From Acidobacteriota bacterium (lineage in GTDB: Bacteria; Acidobacteriota; UBA6911; RPQK01; JAJDTT01): a stretch of DNA of 64,000 bases. Of the stretch, positions 36,855-45,086 are shown one piece after another. Where the stretch lies: positions 5,888,001 to 5,952,000 of the forward strand of contig OZ242374.1 in the NCBI GenBank assembly GCA_965209055.1, read 5' to 3'. The notes below the pieces were generated by a model that did no database searches, was not told where the DNA came from, and saw nothing but the letters and a program-made list of their open reading frames with translations. The position numbers and the translations under genes are program-made. Numbering within the stretch: the first letter of the stretch is position 1; every line of letters begins with the position of its first letter.

Positions 36855-37044
36855 GTCTCTTTATCTCCTTCATGGTTTCTCGTGTCCGGTCCTCTCTCCA
36901 GTCCGCCGATTATTGCCCGGCAGGGGGTTGGGTTCAAGAGACAGGGTCTCGAAGCCGAACTCGTATTGGCAATGCGCGATTGCCGATCCGCGTTTCTTGA
37001 CACCCTTCCCGGTCGTCCATAGGTTGGTGCAGGGAGGTCGACAT

Positions 37045-38700
37045 ATGCAGCAGAGGCGCCTTGGATGGTCGAACAGTGAGATTGGCGGGTCCCCGGCCGG
37101 CGCCGAAACCGGCTGGCGGTTCGCCGCGGGTGTCCTGGCGGCATGCCTCGTCTTGGCGGGGACGGCGGCGGCGGGATCTGCGGGCCTGCTTCATATCGGC
37201 GGAAACAAACAGCTCTTCATCGACGACCACGTCATCGAGAGTCTCAGCCACGTCAAGCAGATCCTCAACCCGGCCGTGAAACATCCGGCAAACCCCCTTT
37301 TGAAGCAGGACCGGCCCTGGGAGGGTCATTACATCGGGCTCCAACGGATCATCTACGACCCGGATCAGGGACTGTACCGGATGTGGTACCGGGTCACCGG
37401 AGCGTTCGAGTCCCGGAAAGGGGGCGCCGATCGGCTCAGGCCTTACCGCTGGGACTGGAACGTGGTCGACGGAAAAGCAGTTCGCAGCAAGGTGGAGGAG
37501 GTTTACGGTTACAGGCAATACGCCGGCGGCGAGGATTGGCTTCTCTGCTACGCCACCTCCCGGGACGGCATCCAATGGGAGAAACCCAATCTGGGCCAGG
37601 TGGAGTTCGAGGGCTCCCGCGACAACAACATCCTGCCGCACGGCACGCTGGTCCCCCTATTTCGGGACGAGCACGAAACCGATCCCGCCAAGCGCTACAA
37701 AGCCATGAAGTCCGAGGGCACGACTCCCACCGCCTGGAAGCGGGGAATCAAACCGGGGATGCGGCAAAGCCTCTACTACTCGCCCGACGGCGTCGAGTGG
37801 ACGCCCTACGAGAACAACCCGGTGATCGACACCGCTCCCAAAATAGGCCGCTGGGGACCCACCCAACACATGGGCTGGGATCCCATCCGGCAGGTCTACG
37901 CCGTGTTCATGGAGCAGTGCCTGCACCGGGGCTGCCCCCAGGGGCAACGGATCATCGGCCGGGCCGAGAGTCCGGACATGACCCGATGGACCCCGGACCA
38001 GAACGTCCTGATCCAGGATGAACTGGACTTTCCCGACACGGAGTTCTACTCGATGCCGGTCATGGCCTACGAGGGGATCTACATCGGGCTACCCTGGATC
38101 TTCCGCACCACCAATACGCTGCATTACCCCCAACTGGCCTTCAGCCGGGACGGAATCCGCTTCGAGCGGCGGTACCGCCAGCCCTTCCTGCAGGTGGGCG
38201 ACAAGGGGGACTTCGACGAGAGCACCATCTACGTGCACCAGCCCATGGTCCGTGACGGCGAGATCCGCATCTACTATTACGGGGGCAACTGGAGGGGCTC
38301 AGAGTCGCTCCACGCCCAGGGAGACCGGGCCATGTTCGCGGTGGCGCTGGCCACGGTTCGCGAGGACGGGTTCGTCTCGGTGGACGCGGGCAAGATCCAC
38401 CCGGGCTCCCTCAAGACCCGCTTCCTCAGCTTCGAGGGCCGCCGTCTGGTGGTGAACCTGGAGGCCGCCAAGCACAACCACGGCGCCGGACAACCCGAGG
38501 TCCGGGTCGAGATCATCGGAAACGACTACCATCCGATCCCGGGCTATACCCTGGACGAGTCCGACCCGGCGCGGGTGACGGGAAAGCACGTGATGAGCTG
38601 GCGGGGAAACACGGAACTCGGCGCCTTGGCCGGAACCCCGGTACAGCTTCGCTTCCTGATACGAAACGCCAAGCTCTTTTCGTTCCAGTTCCGGCCGTAG
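37045..38700 (+). CDS. Exported glycoside-hydrolase-like beta-propeller protein (GH32/43/130-like fold)
   Basis: Signal peptide; QLFIDD, YATSRDGIQWEKP, SPDGVEW, FSRDGIRF and REDGFVS; start reassigned to ATG 37045. Confidence 0.75.
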   Translation: MQQRRLGWSNSEIGGSPAGAETGWRFAAGVLAACLVLAGTAAAGSAGLLHIGGNKQLFIDDHVIESLSHVKQILNPAVKHPANPLLKQDRPWEGHYIGLQRIIYDPDQGLYRMWYRVTGAFESRKGGADRLRPYRWDWNVVDGKAVRSKVEEVYGYRQYAGGEDWLLCYATSRDGIQWEKPNLGQVEFEGSRDNNILPHGTLVPLFRDEHETDPAKRYKAMKSEGTTPTAWKRGIKPGMRQSLYYSPDGVEWTPYENNPVIDTAPKIGRWGPTQHMGWDPIRQVYAVFMEQCLHRGCPQGQRIIGRAESPDMTRWTPDQNVLIQDELDFPDTEFYSMPVMAYEGIYIGLPWIFRTTNTLHYPQLAFSRDGIRFERRYRQPFLQVGDKGDFDESTIYVHQPMVRDGEIRIYYYGGNWRGSESLHAQGDRAMFAVALATVREDGFVSVDAGKIHPGSLKTRFLSFEGRRLVVNLEAAKHNHGAGQPEVRVEIIGNDYHPIPGYTLDESDPARVTGKHVMSWRGNTELGALAGTPVQLRFLIRNAKLFSFQFRP

Positions 38701-38736
38701 GCGAGAAACCGGGAGGGCGGCCGCAAGGGTCGTTCC

Positions 38737-40230
38737 CTACCGGAACCGGAACGAATAGAGATCGGCGTCCTGCAGGACGAAGCGCAGGCGGACCGTCTTC
38801 CCGGCGACCCGGCGGAGCGGTTTCTCACGAACCTTGCCTCCGTAAATCCATCCTGCCTTCCCCTCCAGCTCGTCCCCCCAGATGGGGACCGATTCGGTCA
38901 GCGAGAGTTCGGGCACCGGGTTGCCGTTGACGTCCTGGATCTCCACCCGAATGGAGCCGGCCGCCGAAGTGGAGTAGTTCAGGACCAGGTTTTCTCCGCT
39001 GAAACGGAACGGTTTCGTGATCAGCTCGCCTCCCGGATAGCCCGCGCTGGCGGAGGCGAAGCCGTCGGTCCGGACGACGACGCGCTGCAGGTGGGCCGAA
39101 GGATAGGTGTAGTGCTGCACCAGGTAGAGGGAAAGCTCCCCCGGCGCCGTGGGGACGATGCCCCGGGCGACCAGACCGTTCCGGTGGATCCAGTTACGCC
39201 GTTCCCTTCCGGGACGGATGAAGGCTTCCATGAAGCGGTGCCAATGGACGCCGTCGCGGCTGCTCATGAGGACACCGTCGGAGAGGCCGGGCCATTCCGC
39301 GGCAGGGGCGGGATCCAGATGTTGGGGAATGCGGTAGGTGACGAAGCGCTTGGGAAAGGCCAGGTAGATATGGGGCGCCCGAAAATAGGGCACGGTGGCA
39401 TTGGTGTAGAGATGTTCGGTGGGAGCGTCGCCGTAATCCACCCACCGGCCCTCGGACCATTCCACGAAGTCCTTCGAGGTCGCGTACTTCAGGGTCCGCA
39501 CCCCGTGGAGGAAATCCCGGTAGAGCGCCACGTAGACCCCCCGCTCGCCATCCCAGAAAGCCACGTTGTGGGAGTCGAAGGCGCCGTCGGTGAGGACCGG
39601 AATCTCACGCATCCAGCTCCAGCGGATGCCGTCGGGAGAGGCCAAAGCCACGAGACCCCGATGGTTCCCGGGCTTGGCGAAGGCCACCGCCTTGTAGCGG
39701 GCCTCCGCCGGAGCCGCCGGATTGTCGTCCCGGAAGGGATTCAGCTTGGCGGCGCCCCGGACCTCCAGGATATTGTTGTCCCGGGAGCCCTCGAACTCCA
39801 CCTGCCCCAATGAGGGACGGGTCCAGTGGATGCCGTCGCGGCTCTCCGCGTAGCAGACGACCTTCTCGTGGGCGGCGACCCAGGTCTCCCCCGGCTCCAG
39901 CTCTTCCCGGTGGATGTAGTCGACCGCGGAGCTGCCCCGGTAGTACATGCGGTAGATTTCGCCGTCCTTGAAGACCGCCACGTGGAAGGGAATATTCCCT
40001 TCCCAGGGCTGGTCGAAGACGAAGACCTTCTCGGCGCGCCGGGGCTGCTGGACCTCCAACTCCACCCCATCCATGGACTCGATGAGAGTGTCGTCGACGA
40101 AAAGCTCCAGGCGGTTTCCCAGGTCGGGAGCCGGGTCGGAATCGGCAGCCTTCTTTCCGTGGCCCGACGCCCCGAAGCCGGACCCGCCCGCCAGAACCAG
40201 CAATACGAATATCCGCAAAATCGATTTCAT
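38737..40230 (-). CDS. Exported glycoside-hydrolase-like beta-propeller protein, paralog of 37045-38700
   Basis: Signal peptide; ELFVDD, YAESRDGIHWTRP, SPDGIRW, SSRDGVHW, RTDGFAS and ADLYSFRF. Confidence 0.75.
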   Translation of the reverse strand: MKSILRIFVLLVLAGGSGFGASGHGKKAADSDPAPDLGNRLELFVDDTLIESMDGVELEVQQPRRAEKVFVFDQPWEGNIPFHVAVFKDGEIYRMYYRGSSAVDYIHREELEPGETWVAAHEKVVCYAESRDGIHWTRPSLGQVEFEGSRDNNILEVRGAAKLNPFRDDNPAAPAEARYKAVAFAKPGNHRGLVALASPDGIRWSWMREIPVLTDGAFDSHNVAFWDGERGVYVALYRDFLHGVRTLKYATSKDFVEWSEGRWVDYGDAPTEHLYTNATVPYFRAPHIYLAFPKRFVTYRIPQHLDPAPAAEWPGLSDGVLMSSRDGVHWHRFMEAFIRPGRERRNWIHRNGLVARGIVPTAPGELSLYLVQHYTYPSAHLQRVVVRTDGFASASAGYPGGELITKPFRFSGENLVLNYSTSAAGSIRVEIQDVNGNPVPELSLTESVPIWGDELEGKAGWIYGGKVREKPLRRVAGKTVRLRFVLQDADLYSFRFR

Positions 40231-40258
40231 GGATCGCTCCTTACTCGAAAACCGAAGC

Positions 40259-41164
40259 CTACATGCCGAGCCGCCGGCTCGCCGGATCGATGATCCAGAG
40301 CCAATCGTCCGCGAGAAACTCCAGCCTCTGGGCCATCAGGGCGATGCGCCCCATCACCGTGTAGCCGAAACCGGCCCCGAAGGTGATCATGAGGAACCAG
40401 ATTCCCAGGCGCGAGACGCCGCCCACCATCCCCTTGTGTTCGATGGAAAAGAAGAAATAGGTCAGGCAGGACAAGACTCCCACCACAATGGTCAGGTTCT
40501 GAATGGAGGCCGAAAAATCGAATCCCTGGGACCCGACCACCACCAGGGGAAGTATCGTGCTCTGGATCTGCCGGAGAAAGTCGCTCTGGAGGTAGCCCAG
40601 GAGCCGGATCCCGGCGGTGGCGCCGATGAAGAAGGCCAGGGCCCAGCGGGAGATCCAGCCCCCAACCGGCGAGAGCCGCATCAACATCAGGACGCTCAGC
40701 AGCAGCGGAAACAGGTAGATGAGTTCCTGCTCCTGGGATTCGGGGAGGCCCGGAAGCAGCGAACTCCGGATCAGATCGGGAGCCAGCTTGCTGAAGAGGT
40801 TCTGAACCATTCCGGTCCAGAACCCGACGACCATCCAGTAGGCCGCCGAGACCCCGACGAAGACGGCTTCCGCCAGTTTGTAAAGGGGGTTGTCGCCGTA
40901 AAGAAAGGAGAGGATGCAGAGCGTGAAGAGGGCGGCCAGCCAGTTCCCCGCGGTGCGGGACCAACTCACGCGGACCCCCTCTTCTCCCTGCCGCTTGGGA
41001 TCCACTCCCACGGCCCGGCTCCACGATTCCTGGCCCGGTTCCTGGACTTCCACGGGCTGGTCCTGAACGTAGACCATCCCCATGCCTCCCGTGGCCAGCC
41101 TCACCAGCAGGTAGATCCCGGCCACCACCATCAATGCCATCCAAACCCATCCGGACCGGCTCAT
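40259..41164 (-). CDS. Uncharacterised polytopic membrane protein (GlmL-like operon gene 7)
   Basis: About 7 TM segments; SFLYGDNPLYKLAE, YFFFS and FGAGFGYTVMGR. Confidence 0.85.
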   Translation of the reverse strand: MSRSGWVWMALMVVAGIYLLVRLATGGMGMVYVQDQPVEVQEPGQESWSRAVGVDPKRQGEEGVRVSWSRTAGNWLAALFTLCILSFLYGDNPLYKLAEAVFVGVSAAYWMVVGFWTGMVQNLFSKLAPDLIRSSLLPGLPESQEQELIYLFPLLLSVLMLMRLSPVGGWISRWALAFFIGATAGIRLLGYLQSDFLRQIQSTILPLVVVGSQGFDFSASIQNLTIVVGVLSCLTYFFFSIEHKGMVGGVSRLGIWFLMITFGAGFGYTVMGRIALMAQRLEFLADDWLWIIDPASRRLGM

Positions 41165-42021
41165 GACGCCACCCCCTTTCGCCGCTCCCAGAAGTAGATG
41201 ACGTTGCCCAAAACGATGAGCAGGAGCACCAGCATGTGGGCCAGGAGCTGCGGGCCCATGCGCCGCAGTCCCTCCTGTGCCGTGTCATTGTCCGCCAAGG
41301 CGGGATAGAGGTCGATGACCGCCTGCTCGTACTCGGCCGCCGCCTTGATGGCCGCCAGCAGGCCGGTCAGTTGTGACGGAATATAGGGATACAGCGACGG
41401 GGCCGTGACTCCAGTGGTCCCCCCGACGATCTTCAGGTCGTAGGGGGTCGCGGCATAGAGCACCCACTCCTTGGTGCCCGGATAGCCCGCGCTCACGTTG
41501 ACGATGAGGTCCATCTGGCGGATGTTCTTCAGATTCCGGGTGAGCGGCAGCTCGTCCAGGCTGGTCCCGTCCACGTCGTTGGCGAAGAGCTTCTTCAGAT
41601 CCCCCACCACCACCTTGATGACCCCCTCGCTGCCGGGACGGAACCCCATGTTCACGTAATCGCGCCCGTATTCGTAGCCGGGAAACTCCCGATTCAGGAG
41701 GTCGATGCTCTCCTGGATCAACGGTCCGCCGGTGGCCCAGAGCGTCAGGAAGTAGAGCTTGTGCTTCTTGTAGGCGCAGTGGCGGACGAAAGCGGCGGCC
41801 ATGGGGCTCAGCTCGCCCCGGCTGGCGGGGTCGAAGTCCCAGGCCATGAGGACGTCCGAGCCTTCGGGGAGCTCTTCGATGGCCGAACGGACGTTCAGGA
41901 CCATGGGCGACGGACTCTCGGGAAACCGGATCCCGAACAGAAGCGGAATCAGGATGGACAACAGCATCAGCAGGAAGATCCAGCGCCGGTCCAGGTTGCG
42001 CAAGAATTCGGTGACCTTCAT
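41161..42021 (-). CDS. Uncharacterised membrane-anchored protein, TM-soluble domain-TM (operon gene 6)
   Basis: DRRWIFLL TM, alpha/beta core (DFDPASRGEL, YGRDYVNMGF), GLLAAIKAAAEYE and C-terminal TM. Confidence 0.85.
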   Translation of the reverse strand: MKVTEFLRNLDRRWIFLLMLLSILIPLLFGIRFPESPSPMVLNVRSAIEELPEGSDVLMAWDFDPASRGELSPMAAAFVRHCAYKKHKLYFLTLWATGGPLIQESIDLLNREFPGYEYGRDYVNMGFRPGSEGVIKVVVGDLKKLFANDVDGTSLDELPLTRNLKNIRQMDLIVNVSAGYPGTKEWVLYAATPYDLKIVGGTTGVTAPSLYPYIPSQLTGLLAAIKAAAEYEQAVIDLYPALADNDTAQEGLRRMGPQLLAHMLVLLLIVLGNVIYFWERRKGVAS

Positions 42022-42024
42022 GGG

Positions 42025-42711
42025 CTATTCCTCCGTTCCCAGATAGGAGCGATCGACGCCCAGCAGAATCTTCAGGGAAAGGGAGACCACGCCCAAGCCG
42101 ATCCCGATGGTGATGGCCCTGTTCCCGGCCAGGTTGAAGATGTTCATGATGGTCTCGGAGAGGTTGGCGAATTGGAGAGGCTCGGGCAGCCATCCCGTCA
42201 ACGCCGTGCCGGCGTACGTCCTTCCCACCAGAACGATGAAGGCGGTGGAGAGCAGGATGATGGCCTCGGTGTTCTTGGCCCGGAAGGCCCGGAACGCGGC
42301 CGAGGCGATGAAGCAGGCCAGCAGGGCGAACATGGTGGCCCCCAGGGGATAGAAGGCATACTGGTAGATGAACCAGAAAGAGCTGCCCTCTTGAACGTAG
42401 TCCCCCGACCAGGCGAACTGGGGAAACTGGGCGCTGGGGTGGACGCCCATCTTGGCCATGCCCACCACCAGGGTCAGGAAGAAGGCGATGACGGTGACGG
42501 CTGCGTAGCCCCAGCCGGCCCGCCGGTCCGAGATCTTCTGCAGGTTGAGCTTCACCAGGTTGGCGCCTCCCAGAATGAAGGCGATTGCGGCCAGGATGTC
42601 GAACCAGATCATGGCCTCTTCGCCCCACGATTGGGTGTAGGGAACGAAGTGGGCGCCGATGAGGACGAATCCCGTCACCGCGGCAATGAGCAGGGGGAGA
42701 GTTCTCTTCAT
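42025..42711 (-). CDS. Uncharacterised polytopic membrane protein (operon gene 5)
   Basis: About 6 TM segments; TMFALLACFIASAAFRAFRAKN and RAITIGIGLG. Confidence 0.85.
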   Translation of the reverse strand: MKRTLPLLIAAVTGFVLIGAHFVPYTQSWGEEAMIWFDILAAIAFILGGANLVKLNLQKISDRRAGWGYAAVTVIAFFLTLVVGMAKMGVHPSAQFPQFAWSGDYVQEGSSFWFIYQYAFYPLGATMFALLACFIASAAFRAFRAKNTEAIILLSTAFIVLVGRTYAGTALTGWLPEPLQFANLSETIMNIFNLAGNRAITIGIGLGVVSLSLKILLGVDRSYLGTEE

Positions 42712-42723
42712 AGCGTGCTTTCC

Positions 42724-43944
42724 TTACCAGCCCTGGTTGCCCAGGACGTTGTCGGTCAAATACGTCAGCACCTGGCCCAGAACCGGCGCATCGGTCAGGA
42801 CCGCGACGGTGGAGAGCAGGCATCCGACCACCACCAGCGTTCCACCCAGGACCTTTCCCACGTCCTGGCCCTTGAGGCTGCCCAGTTGGTGGCTCTCCCC
42901 GGAGAGGTAGGCCGAGGCGGCGAACAGCTCCTCCCCGATGAGGGTGTAGTCGCACGCCGCCACGAAGAAGGGGAGTTGCGAGGGCATGGCGGTCCCGGCC
43001 ACCTGGATGGCGCCGACGGCGTTTCCGGTCTCGGCCAGAATCAGCGACTCGGCAAAGAAAGCGCCCATGTAGAAGCAGGCCGCCGGCCGCTCCCGGAGCA
43101 TCTTCCCGGTGACGCCCGCCACATAGCCGAACTGCTCGTCCGTCAGGTAGTAGACCGAGTCTTCGTTGAAGGCATCGGGACGGCCCGCCCCCAGGTAGGC
43201 CGCCTCCACCGTCTCCCGGCAGGCGGTCATGACCAGGGAACGGGAAGTGGGCACGTCCAGCCGGGCGTCGAACTCGGCCGTCAGTCCCGCCACCCGCGAC
43301 AGGACCGTCACGCCGGCGAGGGTCTGCATGTCGTTGATGTCCAGGATTCCCGGGACGTAAAGGCAGGGACGGCCCATTTCGGTAGCCCGCCCCACTGCCT
43401 CATCCACCGCTTCCAGCCCGGCGATCCGGCGGACCTTCAATTCCCGTCCGCTCCGGGCCAGTTGGATGTAATAAACGACGCTGCCCCCCACGATCAGCAG
43501 GACCACGCCGAACCAGAATTGGGAAAAGTCGAAGTACTGCATCACCGGCGTCACCGGACTCACGGTGGCGGCGGCGGGCGATCGCGCGCCGGCCGGGCCC
43601 AACGCCACAACCTGGTAGAAGTAGCTGGCTCCCCGCGTGCACCGGTCGTCCTTGAAGGACCGGGTCTGGTAGGTCTCTTCTCCGATCTTGGCGAACGCCT
43701 CCTCGCCCGCTTCGCGCCTCAGGATCTCGTAGCCGACGACCAATCGTTCGGCGGGCCGGGGTTGGTCGTCGGGGGACAGCTCCCACTCGATCCGCACCGC
43801 CTCCCCGGCGTCGTTGGGAAAGTCGGCGGCCCGGACATCACCGGGCGGCCGGGGGGATTGGGCCAGGATCGGGGAGGCCCCGCCCCCAAGGACGAGACCG
43901 GCGGCCAGCACCGACAAGAAAATCGATTTGTCCATCGTAATCAC
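42724..43944 (-). CDS. Signal peptide + fibronectin type III-like domain + DUF6754-like membrane protein (operon gene 4)
   Basis: FN3 pattern (PPGDVRA..IEW..GYEILR..YFYQVVA); TM; VRRIAGLEAVDEAVGRATEMGRP and LIGEELFAASAYL. Confidence 0.82.
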   Translation of the reverse strand: MITMDKSIFLSVLAAGLVLGGGASPILAQSPRPPGDVRAADFPNDAGEAVRIEWELSPDDQPRPAERLVVGYEILRREAGEEAFAKIGEETYQTRSFKDDRCTRGASYFYQVVALGPAGARSPAAATVSPVTPVMQYFDFSQFWFGVVLLIVGGSVVYYIQLARSGRELKVRRIAGLEAVDEAVGRATEMGRPCLYVPGILDINDMQTLAGVTVLSRVAGLTAEFDARLDVPTSRSLVMTACRETVEAAYLGAGRPDAFNEDSVYYLTDEQFGYVAGVTGKMLRERPAACFYMGAFFAESLILAETGNAVGAIQVAGTAMPSQLPFFVAACDYTLIGEELFAASAYLSGESHQLGSLKGQDVGKVLGGTLVVVGCLLSTVAVLTDAPVLGQVLTYLTDNVLGNQGW

Positions 43945-45065
43945 GCCTCAATCAGTTCCACGTTGGCCCGCGGCACCACCAGCCGGCGGCCCGACTCCAA
44001 TCGTACCTCCAGGACCCGCGCCCGTGAACCGGATCCCAGAATCCGGGGTTCTGCCGGGAGCCCGGAAACCACGCCGATCAATCCGAAATACGGGTCCCGG
44101 ATGACCCGGACCGGCGTCCCCAATTCCAGCAGGCCGGCAGGGCGAGCGGCGTCCACTTCACCCGCGGTTCCGTCAGGCGACGGAATCACGATCTCCGGCC
44201 GCTGGACTCCGGCCCGGATCTGAGTGGCGCCGTTGACCGACGCCGGGTCCCCTTCCCGGGAGGCCAGCAACCGGAAGGTCTTGCGGGCCATGGCGATGGT
44301 TCCGAAACCCTCGGTGATGATCAGGGTCGTGGCCACCGGTTCCGATCCGGTGACTGCGACCCCCAGGTCGTAGCCGAGGATCTGCCGCAGGTCCGCATCG
44401 TCCATGCCTCCCGAGACCAGAGCCGAGATTCCGATCCGAAACGCCTTGCGGACGGCGCCTCCCGTCATCCGGCTGCCACCCACGACGACGGCGCCCCGCA
44501 TCCCCTCGTCCAGCCGGCCGGCCGTCAACTCTTCCTTCTCGTCCCGGCAGGCCATTCGCACCGGTCCGAACGCCTCGCCCCCGATCCCGAAGATCCCCTG
44601 GATGAAGGTGGCGTCCGACTCCAGCACGACGCCTTCTCCCGGGATCTCTTCGACCACCTGGCCGGCCAGATAGGCCAGGACCCGGACCGGGATCGGTTCT
44701 CCGCGAATGATGACCTGACCCGTGACCTGGGAAATGGACTCGATGGTCCCCGGGACCCTGGCCCTGCACTCCGACTTGAACATCCCGAAAATGCCCTTGG
44801 TCCGGGCCAGCGCCTCGCCGGTTTCCACTCGCATACCAGGCTCTTTGAGCATGCATTCGGGGACGTCCGCGGGAGGCAGCGACAGGAGGTTGGCCACGTT
44901 GACCGGGGTGATGTTACCCGGCATGAAGGTCTGGGCGACCACGTCCCGGGAACCCACCCGCTGTCCGGTGCGAACCAGAACCTCGCCCTTGATGGGCAGG
45001 ATCCGACGGCACCGGTATCGGGTGCGGGGACTGACCTTCAGACCGGGCGTGTAAGCATGGGCCAT
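43941..45065 (-). CDS. Uncharacterised soluble protein with barrel-sandwich-hybrid-like repeats and C-terminal KOW/SH3-like domain (operon gene 3)
   Basis: GEVLVRTGQRV...VVA and KEPGMRVETGEALA repeats; QGIFGIGG, TEGFG and GTPVRVIRDPYFGLIGVV...VPRANVE. Confidence 0.82.
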   Translation of the reverse strand: MAHAYTPGLKVSPRTRYRCRRILPIKGEVLVRTGQRVGSRDVVAQTFMPGNITPVNVANLLSLPPADVPECMLKEPGMRVETGEALARTKGIFGMFKSECRARVPGTIESISQVTGQVIIRGEPIPVRVLAYLAGQVVEEIPGEGVVLESDATFIQGIFGIGGEAFGPVRMACRDEKEELTAGRLDEGMRGAVVVGGSRMTGGAVRKAFRIGISALVSGGMDDADLRQILGYDLGVAVTGSEPVATTLIITEGFGTIAMARKTFRLLASREGDPASVNGATQIRAGVQRPEIVIPSPDGTAGEVDAARPAGLLELGTPVRVIRDPYFGLIGVVSGLPAEPRILGSGSRARVLEVRLESGRRLVVPRANVELIEA

Positions 45066-45086
45066 ACTGCGTCGACCTCGCCACTC

